Shown here piece after piece: positions 37,495 through 51,045 of a DNA stretch of 64,000 nucleotides. Both the position numbers and the translations under genes were made by a program. Source of the DNA: Octopus vulgaris (taxonomy: Eukaryota); contig OX597821.1 in the NCBI GenBank assembly GCA_951406725.2, positions 113,026,001 to 113,090,000 on the forward strand. Direction: 5' to 3'. The first letter of the stretch is position 1; the number at the start of each line of letters is the position of its first letter. The notes below the pieces were generated by a model. That model made no database searches. It was not told the origin of the DNA and saw only the letters and a program-made list of their open reading frames with translations.

Positions 37495-37545
37495 TCACAA
37501 CCATCTGACGAACATTCACGTGAAACTCTGAGTAACAATTTGTGA
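37495..37545 (+). ncRNA. Hammerhead motif with intact core and decayed proximal stem I
   Basis: UCACAA CCAU CUGACGA AC-AUUCAC-GU GAAAC UCUGA GUA|ACAAU UUGUGA. Confidence 0.55.
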
Positions 37546-37579
37546 AGGTTTTTTCATGGGTTTTTTTTCCCTTTCATCC

Positions 37580-37615
37580 CTTTCTGTCGAAGAGCATAGA
37601 TTCAAAACATCAAAG
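37580..37615 (+). ncRNA. Degenerate minimal hammerhead motif (33325 type)
   Basis: CUUU CUGUCGA AGAGC..AUUC AAAAC AUC|AAAG; stem I intact, core mutated. Confidence 0.35.
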
Positions 37616-38529
37616 ACTTTTCCATTTTTTCCAAGCATTCAACTAATACGCCTGCTTGCTGTTCTCCCACCTGTCTGTTTTTTTGTACATTTGAACCATG
37701 TATAGATAGAGGTATGTGTGTGTGTGTGTGTCCATCGTTTTGTTTTCATATCATGTGATGGTTGTAAATGAGTATCATTCATTTCCATTCTTTTGTAAAA
37801 GCATATCAAATCAAGGAGAAATTTCTCCTTTTTTCTTTGGCAACAAGAAGGCATCTGGCCATAGGAAATCAGTGTTAACAAATTCTGTCTGATCCCATGC
37901 AAGCATGGAAAAGTGGATGTTAAATTGAAGACAATCATCATCATCATCATCATCACTAACATTTAATATCTGTTTTTCAGGCTGGCATGGGTTGGATGGC
38001 TTGACAAGAACTAGTAAGGCCAGGCACCACACCAGTTTCCATAATCCGTTTTGGCTTGGTTTCTGCAGCCGAATGTCCTGCCTGATACTGACCACTTTAC
38101 AGAGTGGACTGGGTGCTTTTTATATGGCCCCAACATGCACACTGATGCTTTTTACATTGCAACTTGGTTTTAGCATCTCAGTTCCGTTGTGCTGGGTGGG
38201 TCTTCTTTTAGTAAAACAATGCATCACACATTTTGGCCCTCGGTCAGCTTCATAAGTTTCAGAATTTTGAGATTGGCCTCCAGTACTTTGTCCATGACTT
38301 CCATCCGTTAATGATGATGGTTGCTATTCTGTTGTGATCTCTATCGATAACTCTTTTAACCGAGACTGTCTTATCTATGGAATGAAATCAAAGACATAAC
38401 TTGGGATGCAGACAACATTTATTCTATTTCTGATCTAATTGCCTGATCAATCAATATCTTAAATTGTCATATATTGATATCAGCTACTGTACATCACTCA
38501 CTGAGATTGTGGCTTCAAGTGTGTGCACG

Positions 38530-38845
38530 TGCACATGGCTTAGTGGTTAGAGTATCCAGCTCATAGTCACAAGATCATGGGTTCAATTCCCAATGACATA
38601 TTGTGTCCTTGAGCAAGACACTTTAGTTCATGTTGCTCCAGTTCATTCAGTTGGCAACATTACCTGTATTTCAAAGGGCCAGCCTTGTCACACTCTGTGT
38701 CATGCTGAATCTCCCTGAGAACTACAATAAAGGTACCTGTGTCTGTGGATTGCTCAACCACTTGCATGTTAATCTCATGAGCAGGCTATTGCATTGATCA
38801 GATCAACTGGAACCCTCATCATCATAACTGACTTTGTGCCAGTCT
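38530..38845 (+). mobile_element. tRNA-headed CORE-like SINE
   Basis: TGGCTTAGTGGTTAG...GGTTCAATTCCC then TGTGTCCTTGAGCAAGACACTTT; antisense copy at 46572-46890. Confidence 0.75.
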
Positions 38846-40664
38846 GTGTGTGCGTGTGGCCTAGTGGTTAGGTTATTCACCTCAGAATTGTAAGGTCGTG
38901 GTTTCAATCGCGTCCCTATGCTATGCAGTTCATATCATGCTGTACCAGTCATGCCACCAGCACCAATGAGGTCACCATGCAGCTTGTATGACTACAAACC
39001 CCCAGGGAAGAAGATTTATATTAGGAAATGAGAGATTGAAGTATGAGAAAAGGGCCACATTAGAACAAGTTTCTTGTTGTGGAGGAGCTACATAGCTATT
39101 CAGAGAAGGGGGGAGTCTGTTCAATATTCTAGTGGTCATTCTTGCTGATTGTCAGAAAAATATCAGGGTGTGATGGAGGGGACACATATACACAAAGACA
39201 CACACATAGATATATATTCATTGGCCAATAAACTTCCACCCAGCTTCCATGTACCAAATTCTCTCACAATACACTGGTTGGCCCAGGGCTATTGTAGAAG
39301 ACAGTGGCCCAAGGTATCAAACAGTGGTTCTAAAGAAAGCTTCTTTCCCTCACAGCCATGCCAGCACCTACAAATTATACCAGTTCTTTGTTCCTAATTT
39401 GGTCCACTCAATTTTTGCAACCAATAAAGTCTGGCACCAGATCAGGTCTTCAACCAATCATATTTTGCTAATTATTCCTGTCTCGTTATCTGTCTTTGAC
39501 TTGATGATTGTTTTCTTTTTGCTTTTACTTTTTGATTGCAATGATTTTTGGTTTGTTTTGTATTTCTTTTTTTTTTTTTTAAGTTTTCTCATTTTTGTCT
39601 CGGGGAGAAAAATATGCAAATTAGTTTGTTTTCATTTAAATTGTAGATTAAAAGATTATTATAAACTTCTGATTTGAATTGTTTATGCTGAAAGGTGGTC
39701 TTGGCCCATTCTAATTAAACTAAGCAGACATGGAATAACTACATGAATATGGTATTACGCTATCAACTCATAGGTATTAAGTTCAATTCCAGTACAGGTG
39801 TTTCATTGGGAATTTAACTGCTATAGTTATGGGCATGGCTGTGTAGGTAAGAACACCACCTGAAAACCATATTGCTTCAAGTTCAATCTCACTCCATGGC
39901 ACCTTGGCTAAGTGTCTTCTACATTAGCCTTAAGCTAACCAATTCCTTGTCAATGGATCTATCGGGAATGACATTCTATTCATGACCAACCTGTTGTTTT
40001 TTTTTTTGGTGGGGGGGAGCAGTTTTATATAGTTTATCTCAGATTACATTGCTCAATATTTTCTTCCCTCTTTTGTAAAGACATTACAGAGTGATCTAAG
40101 AGAGATTTGGTATCTCCTAGCAGTTCAAACAGCCATGTAGACACACCCTCATTAGTTCATTTAAGTACCCACAGGGCATCAGTTCTCACAATGTGGGTAC
40201 CTCAACACACACACATTTGTGTACATATACCTACATATTCTTTCATTCACACACGAGCAATCTTGTGTCCCCTTTATGGTAGATTTTACTGCTATAGATG
40301 AGAGCTGATTTGTATCATAAGCAATAAGCATCAATGAGAAAACCTCCCCCAAAAAATTCTACTTTCAAATGAAGGTCTTTGAATTGGGTTCCAAACAACT
40401 CCTTGTCCCTCTCACCATTGTAAATGCCATGAACCAATGATTGGTCCATCAGAAACCCGTTACCAATGAAGTGATTATCTGTAAATTGCAACAGAAAATA
40501 AATATAAAGAAAGAAATGGAATAACTAATACACTGCCAGTTGTTTCCAAACTCTGTGAAAATGGTAAAATTGATATTAAACCCATGATGGTGATGATGGA
40601 TCGAATGAGTCACTCATTAATGAATGAATGAATGTCTGTCATGTCACAACAATGGTATCATCGT

Positions 40665-41110
40665 CATTACTATTATTATTATTATTATTATTAATGTTGT
40701 TGTTGTTGTTGATACTGTTACTATTCACTATTTTGCTCTGGAGATTTTCAACTCATGAAAGAAATTGTATACATTTGTTGCTGTTGTTGTTATTATTGAT
40801 GGTGATTAGTGCGATGATGGTGGTGGAGGTGGCAGTGGTCACAGCAGTGACGGTGACCATCATCACCACTACTACTACTATCACCACCACCACATAATCA
40901 CAATCATCTTCCTTATCACCACCACCACATCAATACAACCACCATCATCACCACCACCATCACCACCACCATTATCAGCAGTAGTTTTAGCTGCTGCATT
41001 ATTGAGATTACATAAAAAAAAAATTTGCTGTAATTATTCATTTCCACCATCATCATCATCAGTATAATTCTAATCCTCATCATTGTTATAATCATCATCA
41101 TCACCACCCG
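40665..41110. repeat. Trinucleotide low-complexity tract (ATT/GTT/GGT/ACC/ATC)
   Basis: Seen directly; gives the poly-L/T/M ORFs. Confidence 0.85.
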
Positions 41111-41209
41111 TAATCCCTTAGGCAACAATAGAGCAAACTCGATGTTGTAATTACAGGATACCAGAGAGAGTTCTGTGATGGCCATTGTTAATGTTTTCCC
41201 TCGTCTAAG

Positions 41210-41905
41210 ATGGCAAGTTGGCAAAACTGTTAGCATGCTGGACAAAATGCATATTAGCATTCCGTCTGTCTTTACATTCTGAGTTCAGATCCCCTCAAGG
41301 TCACCTTTGCCTTTCAACCTTTCATGAGTTGATGAAATAAGTACCAGTTGATTTACTCCCTGCCCGAAATTGTTGGCCTTGGGCCAAAAATTTTAAATCA
41401 TTATTATTATTATTATTATTATTTATTAAAGTGGTGAGCTGACAGAATCGTTAGCACACTGGATGAAGTGCTTAGCAGTATTTCGTCTGCCGTTACATTC
41501 TGAGTTCAAATTCTACCGAGGTCGACTTTACCTTTCATTCTTTTGGCATTGATAAATTAAGTACCAGTGAAACACTGGGGTCGATGTAATCGACTAGCTC
41601 CTACTTCCCAAATTCCAGGCCTTGTGCCTTCTGTAGAAAGGAATAATATTATGATTAAGGCAGCGAGCTGGCAGACTCATATCATCATCAAGCCAATGAG
41701 CTGGAAGATTGTTAGCACACAGGACAAAATGCTTTGTGGCATTCTATCTGTCTTTACGTTCTGAGCTCAAGTTCTGCTGTTTGACTTTGCCTTTCGCTCT
41801 TTTGGAGTTGATGAAATAAGTACCCGTTATGCACTGGGGTTGATATAACCAACTAAACACCACCTCCCCCAAAATTTCAAATCTTGTTCCTATAAGTAGA
41901 AAAGA
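41210..41905 (+). mobile_element. Head-to-tail array of three SINE family 1 copies
   Basis: Three A/B-box plus GCCTTTCA cores separated by ATT-rich linkers. Confidence 0.85.
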
Positions 41906-43224
41906 TTCATGAAACCTTTGTTTAAAAGACAACCCCTCAAGCCAAGTGAAATTGTAGTCGTGACTGATACTGGTGTCACGCAAATGGCACCCATGCTGGT
42001 GGCACATAAAAGCACTAATATGTTAGGAAGGGCATCCAGCCATTGGAAACCATGCCAAATCAGACTGAAGTCTGCTGCACCCCTTCAGCTTGCCAGCCCT
42101 GGTCAAACTGTCCAACCCATGCCAGCATGGACAACGGACGTTAAAAAAAAGATGATGGTTACTACATTCTCACCTCCTTTCTCTCTTTCTCTGCATGCAT
42201 TCTTCCCTCCCCCTCACACACTTTTTCCTTTTCACTTTCATACACACACATCCCTCCCCTGCTCGTCTCCTCTCCATTAATCCCCCTCCCCCTCTTCCTC
42301 CTCACCCCTTACTCTGACATCCTTAAACACTTCACAATCCCACTGCATCACAAATGCACTCAGCATCTCACATGTGTGCATTTTAATGTTTTATGCCAAG
42401 ATGCCTGTTCACATGCACTTACATGTGAACAACTGTTCAAGCATGCACATGTATACATACTTTGCTTCATCAACATACATGTAGAATATATACACAAGCA
42501 AATATTAACACACAGATATATCTATATACAGATAAATTCCATACAAACATGAAGAATGAAAAGAGTCTTGATGCTAAATTTGCTTTAAGAAATTAGAATA
42601 ACTCCAAATTCTTCAGCTAAACTGCATCATTTGCAACTGCTCTTCCGATTCTAAGGTAACAGTTGGCACAGTTCTTTGTTCAGTGGCAGTGTGACAGATA
42701 TTTTTTCCACTTCCTTTAGCAGAAAATGTAAACAGGTAGAGAGAAAATCTTGTATGGTGGAGGTGGAGGAGGAGGATGAATGTTGTGCAAGAGAAAGAAA
42801 GCCGGAACATTTTAAAAAGGAACAAAGAATTTGATCAAATACATGTCGTTAGTGATTGTAAAAGAGGAGGTGAAAAATCAGAAAGTACTACCTTGCATAA
42901 ATGTGGGAAATGGTAAAGGAAAAAATAAAAAATAAAATGTTGCTAGAATTTGAAACCTACATAGAAAACAGAAGAATACCATTGGTATAGTGCGTGTGTT
43001 TGTGGGTGTTTTGATAAATCTTGGGGAAAAAAATTTCTTTTTTTTATTTTATCTCTGAAAGAAATTTTTTTTATTATGCAACATTAATTAGCTTTTCTCA
43101 ATTAATTAAGTACATTTCTTGACTTAAAAGGTGTTAGTGTGCCACTGCCAAATAGTGTTAACAATGGTGTACAAGAAAGTGGTGGTGTTGTTGCTGGTCT
43201 GGTTCTTTCTAGTTATTTCTCTCA

Positions 43225-43605
43225 TGAAAAGAGCCTCTACTGTTTCCACATAAATAAGACCCATGTTGGGACCACATAAGAGGCACCAATGGTGGCACCA
43301 CATAAGAAGCATCTGTACTGATTCCGCATAAAAATCACCTGTGTTGGTGCTACATAAAAAGCACCCATGCTGGTACCACATACAAAGCATATGTACTGGT
43401 TCCACATAGGAAGCTCTTGTGCTGCTTCCACATAAAAAGCACCCAATACACTCCATAAAGTGATTGGCATTGGGAAGGGCATCCAGCCATAGAAACCATG
43501 CCAAAACAGACAATTAGAGCCAGGCGCTGTTCTCCAGCATGCTAACTCCTTGTCAAATCATCCAACTCATACCACTATGAAAAACGGATATTAAATGATA
43601 ATGGT
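43225..43605 (+). mobile_element. RTE 3' end with about eight 25-27-bp internal tandem units
   Basis: Units like AAAAGCACCCATGCTGGTACCACAT precede GGAAGGGCATCCAGCC...ATTAAATGAT. Confidence 0.7.
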
Positions 43606-44096
43606 AATATACAACAGGCTTCTTTCAGTTTCCATCTACCAGCTCCACTCACAAAGCTTTGGTTAACCCAAGGCTATAGTAGAAGACACTTGCCCAAGGT
43701 TCCACACAGTGGGACTGGATGGGAAGCAAGCTTCTTGTCACACAGCCATTTCCTTGTTTGTAAACAATTGGCTCAAAAACATACTTTGTGATGAACTTAA
43801 ATATTGCAGATTATGTTTTATAATTATCTTTGGTAATAAAATTCTCTCACTCTGTAGAATTCTTGGGAAGTGAGACTAATTGGATTCTGGCCGTGATGTG
43901 AAATATCTAATACTTATCTAAATATAGAATTCACATAACTATTTTACTTTGGTGGAACATCTGTAGCCGAATGATGCTTAAGAATGAGTTTCATTTAAAC
44001 TTCTTTCAAAATTCTGACTCTGTCTTTGGAAACATTTTGACTATGTAAAATATCACAGAAAGAAACCAAACTGATTTTTGTATTACTACATCAAGC

Positions 44097-44430
44097 GTGA
44101 TCATTACTGTGTCGCCTTACTAGCACTTGTGCTGGTGGCATGTGAAATATTCGAGCGAGGTCGTCGTCAGTGCCGCTGGACTAGCTCCTCTGCAGGTGAC
44201 ACGTAAAAAGCACCATTTGGGTGTGGCCATTGCCAGTACCACCAAACTGACCCTCGTGCCAGTGGCACGTAAAAGCACCCAATACACTCTCGGAGTGGTT
44301 GGTGTTAGGAAGGGCATCCAGCTGTAGAAACTCTGCCAAATCAAGATTGGAGCCTGGTTCGCCAGACCTCAGTCAAATCGTCCAACCCATGCTAGCATAG
44401 AAAGCGGACGTTAAATGATGATGATGATGA
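44097..44430 (+). mobile_element. RTE LINE 3' UTR fragment
   Basis: About 63-bp units then CCAACCCATGCTAGCATAGAAAGCGGACGTTAAATGATGAT. Confidence 0.85.
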
Positions 44431-44439
44431 TATCTGTAG

Positions 44440-44548
44440 CAACATGTTTTTCATGGACCCTTAAAATACTGCCGTAGATCCCCCAATTTCTTAATTTGCT
44501 TGTATGGACCCCGCAAAATCGTAAATGGACCCCAGTTGAGAACCACTG
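44440..44548. mobile_element. 3' part of hAT MITE (8366 family)
   Basis: ATGGACCC repeats and GTTGAGAACCACTG terminus. Confidence 0.7.
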
Positions 44549-44989
44549 TAGCAGACTTTCAGTCTGAATTCTTTGCTTGTGTCTGTTTCATTATTGCATT
44601 GTTCTCGGTTAAAAAAAATGCTGAGGTAGAGTTTATCTTTGCACTTCACTGAGATCAATAAAATAAGTACAAATGCTGCAATTAATTCTATCAATTATCT
44701 CCCACCCTTGTTAGAAATTGGCCCCGTGCCTAATTAAAGTAAACCAATATTAATCTGGCTCTTGTATTTCCAGAGATGATGTTAACAATGCTTATTAATT
44801 ATTCCATTATTTTCAATTTGCCTATTTTCTATTCTGGCATATCAAAGTCTGGTTTTCAATGTGTCTGTTATTAATTCAACCGATAAAATAGTGAAGTTTT
44901 TCACACCAATTCCTTACCAACAGTTCTACATATCTAAGATTACTTTATTAATGCAGTATGAAATAAATTAATGTTCTTGTGTTATGCAG

Positions 44990-45042
44990 GCTGCTGATAT
45001 AGTTACGCTTTCATGTCTCTGAGGAAACGCAGTCTCATTATG
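44990..45042 (+). other. Candidate 53-nt exon with possible start MSLRKRSLIM
   Basis: TTCTTGTGTTATGCAG|G acceptor and ATG|GTAAAT donor in repeat-poor DNA; ATG at 45013. Confidence 0.2.
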
Positions 45043-45904
45043 GTAAATTATAGGAGAGAAGCTTTCCAAAATAATTTTTCATTATTATTTTTTTTTTTTT
45101 TCGCGAGATCAATGGAACGAAAACAATTGTTTGTGAAAAACTATAACAACAAACAAGGAGTAAGCTTTTATTTCTTAATGTTTGTTGCAACAAGTTACAT
45201 CAATCTTGTTTTGGTTCCTTTCGGTCTGGCTAACATTCTCAACAAAGCCACACCATAAACAATGGAATGATTAAGTCCTTTTGATTTTTTTTTTCTCCCC
45301 CAGTATCATGGCAGATAAAGAGCCCATAACTTAAGAATTCCCGAGAATGAAAGTCTTATATATATGGATAGAAAGGTAGATAGATAACGGCAGTTCTTTT
45401 TTGTAAATATTAAATCATTACTTGGTAGAATAAGTTTGTCTTTTGGGGGAGTGGGGGCGGGGATCGCCATCAATAAAATCTGCTCAGTTGATAAAAAGGG
45501 AGATAATGAGAATAAAAAGAGAGTTAAAGGAATTGGAAATTTTAAAGAAATTCAGTTTTTATTTTATATATTTTTAAAATATATTTATTTGTTGATGTTT
45601 GATTGAGTAATGTGAACTTAATGCAAAAAGAAAATTAAAATGGAAAAGTGAAAAATCTACTTCCTTTCTGGAGTTGATAGGCTGAATTAATGGTAAACTT
45701 AAGTTCTCTCTCTAAAAGCAGTAAAATTCAAAGAAAAAAAAAGAAAGAATTAAGGGAAAGAATAAGAAAGTGCCATTACTGAAGAATATTTTTGGCATCT
45801 ATATGGAGTAACATATTCAGTCTTTATAATTACATGAAAAGGTTTTCTGAATCAAAAGCTAAAAATTAAATAAACATTAATAACTTATCAAGTGTTAATA
45901 GACA

Positions 45905-46155
45905 TATATACATATATATATATATGTGTGTGTTTATATATATATATGTGTGTGTGTATGTTTATATATATATATATGTGTGTGTGTGTGTTTATATATA
46001 TATATATATATATGTGTGTATGCGTGTGTGTTTATATATATATGCATATATATGTGTTTATATGTATATATATGTGTTTATATATATGTATATATGTGTG
46101 TTTATATATATGTATATATGTGTGTGTGTTTATATATATATATGTGTATATATTT
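45905..46155. repeat. Compound (TA)n(TG)n higher-order microsatellite
   Basis: Repeated TTTATATATATATGTGTG units. Confidence 0.95.
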
Positions 46156-46571
46156 TAAATTTTAATTAGTATGGTGGAATTTTTTCTATAGAAATATGGA
46201 AACTTTAATTATATTTGACACTTTTTTCCTGATTTATTTTAAAAATTTGTTTACTTCACTTTTTCATCATTTTCTTTTTTCTCCTTTTTACTCCATCTTT
46301 AATGAAAAATTCTTTTTTTTTTGTTTCGTTTGACATTTTTCTTCCAATATCATGAAAATATTGTTTATTTTCTTTTCTTTCCCCAAAGATTAAATATAAG
46401 TATGAACCATTTTCTCTCTTAATTTTACATTCCTTCTTCATAGACATCAATCTCTCCTCTCTCTCTTTTTGTTTATTTTGACCCTTTTATTTCACAGTCA
46501 AATGGAATCTCAACAAATTTAACAAAATAACTATATTAGTTTACGATGCCTTTCAAACACATTAGATTTAA

Positions 46572-46890
46572 CTGGTGCTCCACCGGTTATGACACAATGA
46601 GGGTTCCTGTTGATCTGATCGACAGAACAACCTGTGATATTAACATGCAACTGGCTGAGTACTCCACAGACATGCATACTCTTAACATACTTACCAGGGA
46701 GATTCAGTGTGACACAGAATGTAACAAGGCTGACCCTTTGAACTACTGGTACTATTCACTTTTGCCAGCTGAGTGAACTGGAGCAACGTGAAATAAAGTG
46801 TCTTGCTCAAGGACATAACACAGTGCTGGGAATTGAACTCACGATCTTAGGATCATGAGCCAAATTCCCCAACCACTGAGCCATGTGCCT
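46572..46890 (-). mobile_element. CORE-like SINE (38530 family)
   Basis: Reverse-complement match to 38530-38845. Confidence 0.75.
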
Positions 46891-47559
46891 TTACACATTA
46901 AATATTTATACCTAGGGAGACCCACCAACATCAGAAAAAATGTTTTGCAGTATTACTTCTGGGTTTTGGTGTTTGGAGTTCAAATCCTGGCAAGATCAAC
47001 TACTGGCTGTAGAAAATCTGTCTCAATAGGCTTCATCTGGCCCATGGAAGGATGGAAAGTGTGGACATTAAATGATGATGATAATGATTTTGTGTGTGTT
47101 GATGTAATGCTAGAATTATATAAAAATGGCATAATTCAGCAATTCAATAAAATATTTGGTTTGTTCTGAACCTTAGGAGTTGTAAGGCAGGAGCTTAAAT
47201 GGGTTTCTGTAGCATGTAAAGGACTAAGATCACAACACCATCTTCTGAATGGGATGCTGGTCTGTTGCAGGGTTATTTATTTACAGCAGGGTGGACTGGA
47301 ATAACATGAAATAAAATGTTTTACTCAATAGCACTGCACTGCCAGATCTAGGGATTGAAACTATGATTTTAAGATGATTCTTTGTGCAACACCTTAACCA
47401 CTAAGCCCCGCACTCTCATTTTCTATAACGTGTGGATAAAAAAACCCTAAATTAAAACTAGTTGTGGGCTGGAATGACCAACAAAGAACCTCATTAGTGG
47501 TGCCCCAGCATGGCCACATTCTAATGATTGAAACTAATAAACAAATAGTAACTCGCACA

Positions 47560-47740
47560 TCCTCACTCACTCATTCTTTACTCCCTCACTCAAACACTCA
47601 CTCACCCTTCACTGTTTACTCACTCATCACTCACCCTTCACTCACTCTTCATTCACTCACTCACCCTTCACTCACTCACTCACTCACTCACCCTTCACTC
47701 ACTCACTCTCTCAAACTAATGCACTCAAACACTCATAACT
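47560..47740. repeat. (CACT)n-derived minisatellite
   Basis: CACTCACTCACCCTT units. Confidence 0.85.
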
Positions 47741-47972
47741 CAGTGACTCAAAAACCCTATTGTATCATCTCAGTTGTTGTTTGTGCCCTGACAACCAACA
47801 AGAATTTCGTACTTATTGACCTTACTCTGACTGATTACATGATTAATTTCATAGTATTTTTAGTCCCATTTAGGCCTTTTTAAAACAGTGCTCTTTTGGT
47901 CAAAACCAGTCCAACCATGTCGTGATATAGAATAATGGATTAATTGAATTAAATAATAATAATGATAATAAT

Positions 47973-48380
47973 ATGTTGCCTGATTCAATACCAGACAGTG
48001 AGTCTCATGGCTTTTGATCTTAACCAACTTCCCTTTCAGTAGTAGTGGGGGAGCATCATAGCCATATGTTGAGAAGGATTCTTTGGTGTTTGAATAATTC
48101 ACCCCTGGAAACAGGTGTTTTGTTCAACATCCTTAACAACCCTTACTCAGGGACCTTTTGAACAGGATGGGCTACTTGACCTGAAGAAAATTCTAACTGG
48201 GCCCCACCTGCAAGGCTATGCACTGTTTATCTTGATATGAGATTACCATGTCGCGCACATATGGTTGTGATGCATGTGCCTGGTGTATCCTTATCAGACT
48301 GGTAGTCATGATGGGTATACTGGGCTTCGTATATTTTACCCCAGGGTCACTTTGATGGCTGGAACAGCTCTCTCACTCAA
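47973..48380 (+). mobile_element. (AAT)n-embedded non-coding retroelement, internally deleted copy
   Basis: Matches 62528-63085 (reverse complement) at both ends; (AAT)n on both sides. Confidence 0.75.
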
Positions 48381-50328
48381 TAATGATAATTCTTTTTAAT
48401 TTTAGTCCAAGGCCAACAGTTTTTGAGAGGAAAGAAGCCATTTACATCAACTGCAATATTTGACTGATTCTTAACGAACATAATCGTTAGCACGCCGGAC
48501 AAAATGCTTAGCGGCATTTCATCCATCTTTATGTTCTGAGTTTGAATTCTACTGAGGTCAACCTTGCCTTTCATCCTTTTGGAGTCGATAAGATAAGTAC
48601 CAGTTATAAACACTGGGGTTGATGTAATCAACTTCACAATAATTGCTGGCCTGGCACCAAAATTTGAGACCAATTTTATTGGTTCTAAAAGTTTGAAAAG
48701 CAAAGTTAACCTTGGTAGGATTTGGATTCAGAAAGTAAAATGCCAACATTTGTTGACTGTGTGTACTGATTCCACCCATTCGTCTTCCCACGACCTTGCA
48801 GAGTTCTCAGTAAGTTATAAACGAGTGAAAGACCAACGTTTTAGATTAGTCATCGTCCAAGCCTTTATGAAGAGACACACATTCTTGAATCGTCTTTTGT
48901 ATTGCATCTACGTAATTGATACACCTCGAAAAACGAGCTCATACAGGGTGCAACAAAAATACCTCCCACATTCAACATTCTTGATAAATGTTTTATTACC
49001 AAACTCAAGTTTTGCCCTAATTCAAACCATGATGGTAACTGAACAAAAATCAGGGTAAAATATTAGCTATATGTAGACACCACTACCATTGCCTGACTTG
49101 TGCTACACAAATGACCATTTAGAATAAGGTTTCCCTATCATACCCTGTATGTTTATTTCTTTATTGCCTACAGGGGGCTAAACATAGAGGGGGACAAACA
49201 AGGACAGACAAAGGGATTAAGTAAATTAGATTGTTCCCAGTTCGCAACTGCTACTTATTTAATTAAGCCCAAAAGGATGAAAGACAAAATCGACCTCGGT
49301 GGAATTTGAACTCAGAACGTAAAGACAAACAAAATCCTGCCAAAGACAGATAATACTGACCAAAGCCTTGTGAGTGGATTTGGTAGAAAAAACTGAAAGA
49401 AGCTCATAATCTGCGTGTGTGTGTGTGTGTGTGACCCCAGCTCCACCACTTAACAAACGATGTTGGTGTGTTTACATCCCTATAATCTAGCGGTTCAGCA
49501 AAGAAACTGATAAAATAAGTACCAGGCTTAAAAAATGATAAATACTGAGGTGAATTTGTTTGATTATAGTTCTTCAGGGCAGTACTCCAGCGTGGCCGCA
49601 AAAATGAAATGATTAGTCTGGAACTGGATACATTGAGACCAGACATCCTTCATGTGGTTATCAATCTCTTTCCAAATATCTTAAGTTGCTCCTTGTATTT
49701 GAGTGAAAAGTCCAAACATAGATGTTAAAAGCTTCAAGCAAGACAAAATAAATTCAAATTATCTCAAGAAAGATAGAAACCTGTTTGAGATTCTCTTCTC
49801 CATCTTACCCTTCTGTTTTTAACCCCTAAAGCGTTGTGATTTGCACTAATATTAGCATGGACTGCTGAGCACATTTTATGAAGATGAGACTACCATACAC
49901 ACATAAAAAACAAAAAAATAGTTTAAATATTTTCTTAGTATATAATAGTGGCAAGTTTTACATCATCTGAAAAGTCATTAGTTGAACTAGTAGTCCTCTT
50001 GCATTCTGGGGGGTATCGGAGCGTTTGTGTAACATTAGACCCCAACAAACACCTATAAATTAAATGCAGCTATCTGGGCCACAGTTGTGGCCTGTTGGCC
50101 TGTGCCTGATGACCACAATCGTGGCCCATCGTGCATTATGTGTTAAGTAAATTTCATGTTTGTTGAGATTCCTAAGACTTTTGCTTGAGACAAGGAAATA
50201 AGAAAAAAACTTCTTTAAGAAAATGCAATTCCGTAACATCCCTCTCTCCACTGATATTTCAGTTCATTTCTTTATTTCCTGTCTAACCTCTTGAGATAAG
50301 CAGATAACATAAGACACAATGAAATATA

Positions 50329-50722
50329 TCTCTATATATATAAAGCTGAAGTTGTCTGTGTATGGCAGGTTTGGTAGCCTTCAACTAACACTATCTCCTC
50401 CGAGACCCTTCGGCACAAGTTGACCAAAATTGAGAGTATGATAGAAGAAGGCTTGCTCTTCCTACTGTAGAAGAAAAAAATTCAAATCAGACCATGTTAA
50501 CACCAAAAATTATTTACATCAAAAAGGTGCTTTTTTTTCTATGAAAATCCCTATTTTTTACGATTTTTTTACTGCTATGTCGTCATTTTTCGGTGTATTT
50601 CAACCAGGAAAATGTTCACTTAAAGAGAATAACAAGCTACAAAATGCAAAATTTTTACTTTTCAAAAATTCCAATTCTAAAGGGTCAAAACAAACCCGAG
50701 CAATGCCGGGCAATACTGCTAG
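50329..50722 (+). mobile_element. Non-autonomous Helitron
   Basis: A|TCTCTATATATATAAAG 5' end; 3' hairpin CCCGAGCAATGCCGGG, then CTAG|T; A/T target and no TSD. Confidence 0.88.
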
Positions 50723-51045
50723 TTAGCTATAAGCTATTTTCTCGATAATAGATGCCAAGTATAACCTAGCAGTGACATCAACAATTTCAAGAACAAAAAA
50801 ACTGCTTCAATTCACTGCATTCTAAATTTCTTCATGGCTGTGTGTCTGTGTGTGTCTCTGTGTGTGTGTGTGTACAATTTTGCTTTCCAGCTATATGATT
50901 CTGGGTTCAGCCCTGCTGTATGGCACCTTGCATAGGTGCTCTTTCTTTCTCCAGCTAAGAGGTAAAAATTTCAATTAGGAATTTTATTTTAAACAGCTTT
51001 AAGTAATCATGCATTAATTTATTAATATGCAGGATATGACAATAA

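Noticed and set aside
38536-38595. tRNA gene
   Set aside because: A/B boxes are present but there is no complete cloverleaf, and the sequence runs into a SINE body
48693-49058. 121-aa ORF
   Set aside because: It runs from a SINE fragment across unique DNA into a TA|CAGGGTG transposon-like end and has no protein features
50100-50135. CUGAUGA followed by a CCAC/GTGG stem
   Set aside because: No GAAA or stem III follows
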